55,177 nucleotides of DNA from a virus (lineage: Duplodnaviria; Caudoviricetes), in the IMG/VR virus record IMGVR_UViG_3300023175_000047, positions 1 through 55,177 of that record; one strand, given 5' to 3'. Made by a program: the position numbers and the translations under genes. Shown one piece after another: positions 19,787-30,700 of this stretch; position 1 is the first letter of the stretch; every line of letters begins with the position of its first letter. The notes under the pieces are model-generated. The model saw only the letters and a program-made list of their open reading frames with translations, had not been told where the DNA came from and made no database searches.

Positions 19787-21297
19787 TGATTATCGGAAAT
19801 GTAACAATCAATTATAATGCTACACACATTACATCGAATCAAAATATAACTTTAGCTCCTGATGTGATCGAAAATGATCCAAAATATTATATTGGTTTTT
19901 ACGAGTACACCGTTCTTAAAAATGGATCTCCAGCATTTAGTGTAGGAAGAATAGCATTTTCAATGAACCCGATTTTATTTAATCAAAGTTCATTTATTAA
20001 TGTTTCTTCTTTAGGTTTATCACCTGGCGATACTGTTCAAGTTAATTTAAAATTTTGGGCAGTTCATAAAACTACTTCGGCTGAACTTTCATATAATTTC
20101 TCAACACAAACTGTAACTTATGATCCAAATATTCAAGCTACTAATTATATTAAAGTATCAAGAAGAAAAAGAAATATTGCTCAACTGCCTTCCGCTTCAG
20201 TTCCAGCCGGTCACCTAGATACAAATCATGGAACATACTCATCCACTAAAGATTCAGACCATGTTATAGCACCAGTTCCTGATATATTAAGAGATGACGG
20301 TTCTGTATTAAGAATTCATAAAGACCATGGACCATATTGGTCAAGAATTATCGGTGGTCTGGATATCAATTATACCTATAGATTATATTATACACATGGT
20401 TATACCTTAGGTGGATATAAAAACAGTTCAGCATTTCGAAGTGTATATAAAACTATTCATAATCAAGGTACAAATAGTGTAACATCATTTGTAGGTAATG
20501 TATTACATCAAGTAAATGCGTATGCTGGTGGTACTTGGGGAGACCGATACGCATATGTTTATAAAGCTAGAACAGATGGCTCTGATGGAGCATTTTATAG
20601 TTCAAATGGTATAACTAAATTTGATATGGCATCGGAAACAAGTGTGAGAGACCCTGCTGGGTTTAGAAGTCTATATACTCATTCAGGTGCTAGTGTAGTC
20701 AATAATTTTGGACTATTTGGTTATATTGCTTCTTCAGGTTCAGGAGGTCAAATTGAGGAACATGATTTAACAACAGATGTATTATCACCTCTTGGTTTAA
20801 CTGTTCCAACTAATGGTGTAAATTGCTCTACAGGAAAAGAAGCTGGTTATTTTTATTCAGGTAGTGGATTAAATAAACTTGTTTTTGCAACTAAAACTGT
20901 TGCTTCCATCGGTGTAGGCGTGGCGGCAGGTGCTGGTTCTAGTTCTTGTATACCTACTAAAAGATACTATCATTATCATGATGTTTCATCATCATCTCTT
21001 ATTAAATTAGATGAGTTAACAGAAACTATAACAGGTGCTGCAAGTAAAACATATGGGTTCTTTGAGGAAAGTTGGCAAATGGGTGAAGATAATGGGTTCT
21101 CAGTTGGAGTGTATGGAAATGGAGGGCAAAATCGTGAAATACATGTCATGAGTTTAGACACTAACACAATGTCACTTAGAGGATCAGCGCCTGGTAACGT
21201 TAGCGGACTGTCAACATCCGCAAATGTTTCTGCAGCTGGTTCTCTTTATGCTAGTCTATTTCCAAATTATTCGTTAACATATTTTGCATTAGTATAA
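19786..21297 (+). CDS. Virion-associated protein with C-terminal Kelch-like beta-propeller
   Basis: About 40-45-aa Gly/Ser/Tyr-rich blades (GY-LGGY, GYIA, AGYFY, KFD-ET, GFSVG); 1-nt overlap with the upstream stop. Confidence 0.7.
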   Translation: MIIGNVTINYNATHITSNQNITLAPDVIENDPKYYIGFYEYTVLKNGSPAFSVGRIAFSMNPILFNQSSFINVSSLGLSPGDTVQVNLKFWAVHKTTSAELSYNFSTQTVTYDPNIQATNYIKVSRRKRNIAQLPSASVPAGHLDTNHGTYSSTKDSDHVIAPVPDILRDDGSVLRIHKDHGPYWSRIIGGLDINYTYRLYYTHGYTLGGYKNSSAFRSVYKTIHNQGTNSVTSFVGNVLHQVNAYAGGTWGDRYAYVYKARTDGSDGAFYSSNGITKFDMASETSVRDPAGFRSLYTHSGASVVNNFGLFGYIASSGSGGQIEEHDLTTDVLSPLGLTVPTNGVNCSTGKEAGYFYSGSGLNKLVFATKTVASIGVGVAAGAGSSSCIPTKRYYHYHDVSSSSLIKLDELTETITGAASKTYGFFEESWQMGEDNGFSVGVYGNGGQNREIHVMSLDTNTMSLRGSAPGNVSGLSTSANVSAAGSLYASLFPNYSLTYFALV

Positions 21298-21307
21298 GGA
21301 TTATTTT

Positions 21308-21994
21308 ATGAAACATGAAGATATATTGAATTATTGCAGGCATAAAGTATTTACTCAAACAGATTATCAAAATAAATCATTTGTTATTAATACACAACTA
21401 ACGCCTCTTCGTAAATTAAAACAATGTATTATGGAAATTTCTTTACGAGAAGAAGGAGTCAGAGAAAAGGAAAGAAGTTTAAGAAAATTAGAATGGAAAA
21501 TGAAAGAACGTGAAGAAGAAATTGAAAATGAAAATTCTATTCCTAAAAAAGAAATGTTGAAAATTGAATTTGAAAAATTTGATTTTGAGCATATCAAATA
21601 TAAACATCAGTATGAAATGGCATTGGAAGATTTGAATAGTTTTGTACAGATTTTCAATGACCTTTTAGCTGAATATGATTTAGATTTAGAAAATCTTGAC
21701 CTAAATGATTTGGAAGAAGATCGAAAATATTGGCTAATTCGTATGGCTAAAAACTGTGCTGTCGATATGATCTGTACTGGTAGAATTACAACAGCCAATC
21801 TAAATGCCATTTTAGATATGAAAGAAGAAGATTACAAAGAAGTATTATTACTTGCCCATAAATATTCTAATTTTATTTCAAAGGAAATTAATAAATCTTC
21901 TGAAATAGCAAATAGTTCCATGAGAAATGAGTTGTTAAATAATGAAACAAATAGTAAAAAATTATTAGATTTTTATGAAGAGAATAATATATAA
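21308..21994 (+). CDS. Coiled-coil protein, possibly a chaperone or adaptor
   Basis: Glu/Lys-rich heptads; motifs YQ-K-FV-N-QLTP-R-LKQ and EE-KYW-RMAK-A-D-GRI-NL-AI-M. Confidence 0.8.
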   Translation: MKHEDILNYCRHKVFTQTDYQNKSFVINTQLTPLRKLKQCIMEISLREEGVREKERSLRKLEWKMKEREEEIENENSIPKKEMLKIEFEKFDFEHIKYKHQYEMALEDLNSFVQIFNDLLAEYDLDLENLDLNDLEEDRKYWLIRMAKNCAVDMICTGRITTANLNAILDMKEEDYKEVLLLAHKYSNFISKEINKSSEIANSSMRNELLNNETNSKKLLDFYEENNI

Positions 21995-22009
21995 TGGAGT
22001 TCTAAAATT

Positions 22010-23695
22010 ATGTTTTCCTTTCCCTTGAATCCAAAACTTTCAGAACAGGAGTTTTCAGAAGTAGTAATTCCTTTCTTAGTAGAACATAAAAATTTAATAA
22101 AAGATTTTTATTTTACATCAAGAATTCCCCCATTTGCGAATGATGCAATGGGAGATTATTTTTTGAATGCTTCAAATTTAGAAGGTTTGTTTAATAATGC
22201 ATTATATGTGCAAGAGAAGACTGGTGTACCAGCATCTGCTACATTTAATAATATACATATCAATCCAAGATTAGAGAATTTAAATAAATTCATCAAAAAT
22301 TTTGAGCCATTTTATGAAGCAGGTGTGCGAATAGCAACCATACCATTTACTTCTTGGGTGATGACAGGTCAGTTGCAATATGAATTTCCTGAGTTAAAAA
22401 TCAAAAATACAATTCTACAATCGATACGCAATTCTCAAGAAGTTTGGCAATTATGTGAAGCTGGTTTTGATTATATCAATCTTGAAAGAACCTTGATGAG
22501 AAATCAAGATGAGTTATTAAGAATTATCAAAGCTAGAAACAAATATTTTAGTGACACAGGAAAATATGTAGAACTTTCTTTATTGGCCAATGAAAATTGT
22601 TTGGGTTGGTGTCCAATTATGGATGAACATTATAATTATAACTCTCAACGTATATTAGAAGATCCACAATTTTTTTATAGTAGCTTGTCGAATGTATCTT
22701 GTTCAAAATGGGATTATGAAATATCTGGTGTCGAACTCAAAAGCGCAAACATACCACCATGGAAAGAAGATTGGGATGAGTTCTTAGAATTTGGCATTGA
22801 TGTTTTTAAACTTCATGGACGTGAAAATAAAGATAAAATGTATCACAGCATGAGCATAATTGAAAATTATGCAAATGATAAAGATATTCTATACAATGAC
22901 TTTGAAAGTTATAGTGAAGATATAAAGAATGTTTTGATCTCCAAATGGAGACAAAAAATAAAAACTTGTAAGAATGAATGTTGGGATTGTGGTTATTGCG
23001 ATGGTATTGGTAAATATGAATCTGAACATAAATCTTATATCAAAAAAATAAATGACAAAATACACAAATCAAATTTATATAATTCAAAATGCAGTGAAAA
23101 AACATTTTCTGTTCCAAGCTTCACATCAGATAAAATAATATGTCTTCTAAATAATTTAGTAGAAGATAGTGACATACATTTAGAAATAGGAACATTATTG
23201 GGAGGCACATTCCGAGCATCATTGGAAAATAATAATGCTGTAGGTATCGCTATTGATAATTGGAAAATTAATGAATTAAAACCCATACAACCTCACAATC
23301 CTATTATATTTTCTGACCGAATGAAGGCAGAATGTGAGATGAACTTAAGTGATTTATCGAATCAATATCATTTATTAGAATTAGATATAAAAGAAATTAC
23401 GAGTAAACATATAACAGACTGTATAGATAATCAAAAGATAACAAGTCTGTTTTATGATGGACCAATGGAATTTAAATATGTAAAGCACATTTTCAGAAAA
23501 CTGCATGATGTGCTATCAGATAAATTACTTTTTATTTTAGATGATGCTAAAAATGAAAAAATGATAAAAGAATTTGAATATTATATTAATATGAATTGGT
23601 ATGTAAATTTCACAAAGCTGATAGTTGGTACAGAAATTGAAGACGCAGAGAGTTGGTGGAATGGAGTTGGAATATATTATTTGACAAAGAGGTAG
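22010..23695 (+). CDS. U32-family-like (RlhA/TrhP/UbiUV-type) Fe-S enzyme fused to a class I SAM methyltransferase-like domain
   Basis: LLANENCLGWC, a later Cys and GIDVFKLHGRE resemble U32 Cys and K-GR motifs; CKNECWDCGYC cluster; C-terminal HLEIGTLLGGT, IAIDNW, LFYDG and FILDD resemble Methyltransf_24. Confidence 0.75.
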   Translation: MFSFPLNPKLSEQEFSEVVIPFLVEHKNLIKDFYFTSRIPPFANDAMGDYFLNASNLEGLFNNALYVQEKTGVPASATFNNIHINPRLENLNKFIKNFEPFYEAGVRIATIPFTSWVMTGQLQYEFPELKIKNTILQSIRNSQEVWQLCEAGFDYINLERTLMRNQDELLRIIKARNKYFSDTGKYVELSLLANENCLGWCPIMDEHYNYNSQRILEDPQFFYSSLSNVSCSKWDYEISGVELKSANIPPWKEDWDEFLEFGIDVFKLHGRENKDKMYHSMSIIENYANDKDILYNDFESYSEDIKNVLISKWRQKIKTCKNECWDCGYCDGIGKYESEHKSYIKKINDKIHKSNLYNSKCSEKTFSVPSFTSDKIICLLNNLVEDSDIHLEIGTLLGGTFRASLENNNAVGIAIDNWKINELKPIQPHNPIIFSDRMKAECEMNLSDLSNQYHLLELDIKEITSKHITDCIDNQKITSLFYDGPMEFKYVKHIFRKLHDVLSDKLLFILDDAKNEKMIKEFEYYINMNWYVNFTKLIVGTEIEDAESWWNGVGIYYLTKR

Positions 23696-23696
23696 A

Positions 23697-24671
23697 ATGA
23701 TTTATATTTTGTTTTTGTTTTTTATATTTTTGAATACAGCAATTATTCGTCAAAATAATATGTTTTTAGGATTTTATGATTTTTTGAAAAAGAATATAAA
23801 ATCCAATAAGTTATTAGTGTTTTTGATTTCCTTGATTTCTGGAGTGCTACCGGTATCTGGAAGAGTAAGTGTGTCTGCTTCAATGCTTGACACATTACAT
23901 CTAAAGAATAAACAGAAGCTTGGAGTTATTGATTATCTATCAACACATCATTACTATCTGTGGAGCCCATTAGAAAAAACTATTCTGATTCCTATGGCGG
24001 TTTTAGGTTTATCATACTTTCAAATAATCGAGATACTGGCACCAGCAATCATATTATACATAGGATTTTTATTATATTATTTTTTATATCAATTGAAACC
24101 GGCAGATGTAGAATTTAAAGTAGAAACTACAGAACAAGAATTTTCATTACTAACTATACTATTTTTCATTGCTCCAATTGTAGCAATGATAGCATTTCCT
24201 GATTTAGAACTCTGGATACCCTTTGCGATAGCATCACCATATTTTTTATATAAACATTATATCGCAAATGGAACTTTAAAGAATATAGAAATCAATTGGC
24301 AATTATTGGTAATCATCGGTGGAATTATAATACTTGGTCAATATGCTGCTGAATATTTTGAGGAAGCTAAAAGTTACATCAGCACAAATGAATTCTCATT
24401 ACCATTAGCAGTCGCCCTTGGATTTTTTGCTAGTTTTGCTATGGGTTCATCTGGTAAATTTGTAGCGTTGTCTACTTTTCTAACAATGATTTATGGAGTA
24501 CAATATTTTCCATTGTTTTTCTTGACAGAGTATGCTGCTTATCTGATTTCACCATCACATAAATGTTTGGCGATCGGGAAGCAATATTTTGATACACCAT
24601 TTAAAATGTATCTGAAACCGATAGGTCAATTAGCAATCATAATGTTTATCCTGGGTATAATATTAAGCTAA
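23697..24671 (+). CDS. Polytopic membrane protein, DUF401-like / ion-transporter superfamily
   Basis: About 9-10 hydrophobic segments; GVLPVSGRVSVSA, THHYYLWSPLE and YLISPSHKCL-YF resemble DUF401 motifs. Confidence 0.7.
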   Translation: MIYILFLFFIFLNTAIIRQNNMFLGFYDFLKKNIKSNKLLVFLISLISGVLPVSGRVSVSASMLDTLHLKNKQKLGVIDYLSTHHYYLWSPLEKTILIPMAVLGLSYFQIIEILAPAIILYIGFLLYYFLYQLKPADVEFKVETTEQEFSLLTILFFIAPIVAMIAFPDLELWIPFAIASPYFLYKHYIANGTLKNIEINWQLLVIIGGIIILGQYAAEYFEEAKSYISTNEFSLPLAVALGFFASFAMGSSGKFVALSTFLTMIYGVQYFPLFFLTEYAAYLISPSHKCLAIGKQYFDTPFKMYLKPIGQLAIIMFILGIILS

Positions 24672-24674
24672 ATA
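24667..24674 (+). promoter_or_regulatory. Possible late promoter GCTAAATA
   Basis: CTAAATA variant about 55 nt before ORF 24728. Confidence 0.4.
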
Positions 24675-24727
24675 TGATTAGAAAATTCTTCACAAATACA
24701 CTAACAAAATATTTTGAATAGACAACC

Positions 24728-27700
24728 ATGGCAATTATTGGCAGTATTTCCCTTCATAGTGCAACACTTTTATCGACTACTCCCCTAGCGTATCAAGTTT
24801 GGATTAATGTAAATGCGGTAAGTGATTCGGAACTCATTCGTATGAGTACTTATTATGATTCTGCATTAGTCAACAATAATATTATACCGACTGCTCCTGT
24901 GCCAAAATATTCATATGGTACTACAGCAGTTCCTTATCTATTAGGAATTAGCTCAACTTCTACAGGATGGCATAATGTAGAAGTTGAATTTGAAAATAAT
25001 GGTGGAGAAGTTGTAAGATACATCACAAGTTTTTATCTTGATTTACAATCACCTACAATTAATAATTTTTCAAAAATAGACATTCGCAAAAATGGAGCTG
25101 GTGATTTTGTTGTATCTTGGGATGTAGACCTACATGATGATGCCGGAATTTCAAAAATCAAATTAGGAAGAGTACAAGATCCCTCATATGATAAGGTGAT
25201 TTCAATTCCTATAGGTATTCAAGATTATCATGAAACTATTCACATTATTGTACCACAAACAATACCAAATAATTCAACACATGATTTCTACATTGAAGTA
25301 ACAGATTATTCAGATAATACAATTACAAGTGCTACAGTTCCTGTTTTCTTCACAACAACACCTCCGGTGATTACAAACTATCGTCTAAATTATATTTCAC
25401 AAACAGCAACTGATTATATTTTAGACATGTATATTGATTGTGTGTTTGCGACTACTCAGAAGATTGTAGGTTACTCTTCAACATTTGCCACACCAGTAGC
25501 GTCATTTAATAATTATTTGGCCACTGGAGGAACGACTTCAATCAACACTCAAGTTGTAATTGATAAGGCTACAAATAACGCAGGAACATATAAGACATAT
25601 GCTCAAGTAAAAGATGATTTTGGAAATCTTTCACCAGTTGAAGAATATCAATTTACACTTGATACATTTGCACCAACTGGTGATTTGAATATGAGCTATG
25701 CTGAGAAAGTAGGAACGCATCCATCTCAGTTCTACTATGCGAATCTACATTTCACGGCAACTGACAGTGGATTAGTCACACACTATGCTTTTAGCGATGT
25801 AGGACCATCACACCTCACAACCTGGAATCCAATCGTTCCACCTTCTACGGTAGTCAACTTTCGACAGACCTATAACTTGGGTCAGTCGGGTTCAAAAACT
25901 GTCTATGCCAAGTATCGTGACTTCTCTGGGAATGAATCTGACGTCTATGCAGAGGCAATGACAATTGATGACTCACCACCTGCGGTAAGCTTGGGTTTTG
26001 TTCAAGGTGAAAAACGAGCAGATGGTGATTACGATGCTCTCTTTGATATCACTGCCATTGATAGTGACGCAATCAAATTCATCAAATTATATGCGGTCAA
26101 TTCAAACACGGGTAATCTTGTCTCAGGTCACACAAACAATTGGATTCAAATCACAGATACAACACATCTAATTGAAAGAAGACCAATTGTAGTCCCTGCT
26201 GCTGAACATGAAGACCTTCTTGATTTTCATTTTCAAGCAAGAGATATCTATGGTAATGAAAGCACAAAGCCTGTAGTAACTGTTCAGTTTGATAAACAAA
26301 AACCAACAATCAATAATTTTGTATTCACTGACACAACAAAAGGTGCTACAGAATATCGCATTCATACAAAATTTAATGCGATTGACAATCATGGTATTGT
26401 AGCTTATCGGTATCGTTTCGATAATGTAACATTAGCACCATGGATTTATACAACAAAAACAACTCATTTAGAAAAAGACATATATCTTGATGTACCAAAT
26501 CCTTCTGATTTAGGTGCTGCTAAGAATTTCCTTGTTCAAGTCAAAGATGCTTTTGGTAATGAAAGTAATGCAAATAGCTTGTTTGTCAAAACAAATGATA
26601 TACCACCTGAAAAAACACCAGGGACAGATGGTCTCAAATTTGCTGGTGGCGCACTCACTCCAACAGATTATGTTCTTTCATTTCAAGTAGATGTAAAAGA
26701 TATCGATCCTACTGATAATGTTTATTTCTATTCACTTGAAGTTGATAATGCTTCAACGATTAATTGGAAACAATTTTCAACACCAAATAACGCAATATCA
26801 GAAATTCTTACAATAAATTTACCTCGTACTACAACAGGTAAACATGATTTTTATCTAAGAGTAGCTGATAAGTATAAAAACATAAGCCCTGTTTATAATC
26901 TTGAATATGACCTTGATGCGATTCAAACAGTTGGTGGACTCACACTGAATAATGTTTCAAAGTCAGCTACAACTTATACAGCAAATGTTGAATTGTTTGC
27001 TGTAGACAATCGTAAAATACAATCATATTTCATTCAGAATAGTGATGGTGGACCAGAAGTTGAAGTCGCAATTGTTCCTCCTGTTCAAGTTTTCAATGAA
27101 TTCTATGAATTCCCAATTGGATTGGCAGCAGGACCAAAGTGGGCAACAGTTCGTTATAAAGATAACTTTGATAACATGTCTGATACGTATCGTATTGATT
27201 TTGATTTAGATACAACAGATCCTTATTTTGAATATTATTTTGCTGGCTCAACATCAAACGCAACGCATATCTTCTTAGATTTTGATTTAGATTTCAAAGA
27301 TAACTATCAATTACAATACTATAAATTCTGGGACAGCACAGTTCTCGAACCATCAGATTGGACTGAAATACCAAGAGCAAATAATGTCAGTGTTTCAAAA
27401 ACAGTTACAATACCAAAAGGTGTTCTAAATCCTACATTTACATGGAAAGTCTTAGACTTTTTTGGAAACGCTAACACAGGTAGCTTTTCAAAATATATAA
27501 CAACATCACCACCAACAACAACTCTTTCATTAAATTCAATTAGTTACTCTGTTGGTGATATCAATGTCGGTGTTGATTATGATATAATGGCTTCAGTTGG
27601 TTCAATGGTAGATAAGTATGAAGTTGATATCAATTCGGGTTCACACAACTATACAGTTGATTTATTTCCAAATCAATTGAATCCTAAAGGAACTTTTTAT

Positions 27701-30700
27701 CATAGCTATCCAATTACAGAAGTTCAATCTGATATCAAAGTTCACGCAACATCAGATTATGGGTACCGTGAATCCGCACCAATGACTTTGACTACTCTTT
27801 TTGATAGTACAGTGCCCATTGTTTCAAATACTACTTTCTTAGGAAGCTATGGTATTGCTGGTGATTATGTTCTTCAGTTCCGAGTAACAGCAACAGATAC
27901 TGGTAGTGGTATAAGAAAAATTATTTTCCGTGACCCAGCTGGTCATATACCAGATGTTGTATCTTTGTCTCCATTAACTCACAGTCTTGACCAAAATATC
28001 AATGTTCGTGTGGATGGTTCATATCCATTAAATTCAATTTCACCAACTATTTTCGTTGAAGACTTATTGGGCAACCGTTCAACTGGTAATACAGTTCCCT
28101 CAATCTATCTTGATAATGCTGGCGCCGCAGTCAACAATGTAATCATCAATTCAAATACAAGATATCCGTCAGTAATTCATACATCACCTGGTGTTGGCGC
28201 AAATACAAATATGATACCTGTTGAATTTGAAGCTCATGATTATTCAGAGATTACACACTATCTTTATTCGCCTCTTTTAAATGTACCTTTTAACCCAGCT
28301 ACTTGGAAAGCAGTTCCTACACCGGCGTTAGATATATCAATTAGCGAAACAATTAATTTAGATACTTTAGGATTTACCGAAGGTCATGGTGCTTTCTTCA
28401 TTCATACAAAAGATCGTTTTGATAATATCAGTGTAGCTGGTGAAGTCTTTGAATATGATAAAACAAAACCAACAGTCAGTATCGCATTTCAAAACCGTAT
28501 TGAACGAGCAAATGTAGCAGGTGTAGATCACTTTGTGGTACCATACACAATGACATATAATGATAATCATGCTGAAGTAATTCATAAAGTTGAAACAACA
28601 CGCATTGGTGGTGTGTGGTCTTCAGCAAATGTGTCAACGATTGTTCCAGAAGCTTTATCTGCGGTCAAAAATGAAGCTTATTATATACCAGTTGGAAATT
28701 ATGGTGACACAAGAATCAATGTAAGTGTAATTGACCGTTTGAAAAATCAATCAGCAAATACTGATTTTGATGTTTGGTTAGAAGACAATCCACCAGTAAT
28801 CAACTATGGTATCATCAATGGTGGTGCTGCTTATACGACAAACAAAAACGTGCTTGTTCGTATTGACATGCTCGATGACCGAGGTGTGACTGATTATCTC
28901 ATTTCAAATACAGCAAATCTTGTTTGGAATAGTCCAGGCTGGGCAACCATTCCTCTTTCGCCCGCAACAGCAATTACATCCACATTCAGCGTTGACTTAG
29001 AGGCGCTTGGTTTTGATCAGGGCACATGTAATGTTCACATGTATATTAAAGACTTCTGTCAAAATGTTTCAAACACTGTGTCAACAATCATTTATGATTA
29101 TGAACCACCTGAAGTTGTTGACTTTAAAATTGATGGTTTTGTCAGAACACCAAGCACATTTGACATCACTCTGAATGCTCATGCTTATGATGTAACATCC
29201 GGTCTTGTTGAATATTATATTTCACAAAGTAATACAGAAACAGTTTATAATCCTGTTCCTGGAACACCTCCACCAATCATCAACGATGGTTCAGCACCAA
29301 CAGAATTCAAGAAAGTAGAACAAGTTTCTGTGCGTGATGCTGGTTGGAAATGGTTCTACTTCTCAGCAATTGATGCCGCAGGTAATGTATCAGAAAAAGC
29401 AAATACAAGAATGTATATTGATTCGATTGCGCCTGTTGGTGTCACATTTGAGTCAGCAAGCCCAATCAATAAGTATTATCTAAATCCAACTCAAACAAAT
29501 TTTGATTATACTGTTACTGATGATTATGCATTATCAGTTCTTGGATATAATTTTGATGGCGGTGCTTCAACACTCTTCCGTTCTTACCCAGCACCTGTAG
29601 GTTTTGCTTTAGGAACTACAGTCGATTCAGGAACATTCAGCGCAACAACGATGGTAGCTCTTCCTGATGGACCACATACAATTTTCTTAGTTGTAAAAGA
29701 TACATTTAATAATACTGTTGAAGTACCTTACGAATTTTATTACGATAGTCAACCTCCTGAGATTACACGATTCGAAGTTTCAGAAATTCGTCCTTGGGTT
29801 GATCCTCCACCATCAACAGATTTCTGGGTAGAGTTTGACTTGGAGGTCAAAGATGCCGCAGGTATTGATCGTTACGAATTGTATGATAATGGTATTCTCA
29901 TGGCAACAGTCCCTGTGAATGATACACATGTTGCACAAACACCTAAGCTTCACACAACACTTTCAACTCTTACTCCACCAACTGGACTTGATATTCAATT
30001 TGTATTGCTTGAAGATATCTTTGGTGTAAGTTCAACAGAAGTGTTTGCTCTTGTGAATGGTTATACAGGAACACCAGCAGAAGATACCGCAATTCTAAAT
30101 GTAGCAAGCGCAAAGGGTAAAGTTTCTGTAAGTGAGTTAAGTCTTGCAGCAAGACCTGAAACAGATATTCGACAATTCCATAAAGGTTCGGCTCCAGCAC
30201 CTCAAACATTGGCTGCTGCGATTCCTACTTTCGACGATACAAATTTGATGCCAGTCGGTTATAAACTCTTCTCATTAGAACAAAGAACAAATCCTGTTTC
30301 AGATTCTCGAATGGTAGATTTCATGAAGAATGAACCAGGGCATTTTGTTTATGCGGATGAAGATATCACAGAATCATCAGTCAATCAATATACAAAAGTA
30401 GCATACACACCCATTTATACAAATGCTTCTGTTGATCGAGAAATTCATGTTTATGAAATTTATGCTTATGACTATGCTGGAAATATGGCAAGTAATACAT
30501 GTATTGAAGCATTTCATGATGGCACCTCGTTAGCGATCTCAAACATGTTAGTTGACGGTGCGGCATCGATTTCACGAACAGGTATTACAAATGAGGTGTT
30601 TACTGCTGATATGGATAGTTTAGTTGAAGTTGAGAAATATGCTCTTACAATTCAACCAACAATTGACTTTTATAATGCTTTCTGGGAAGATATTTCAACA

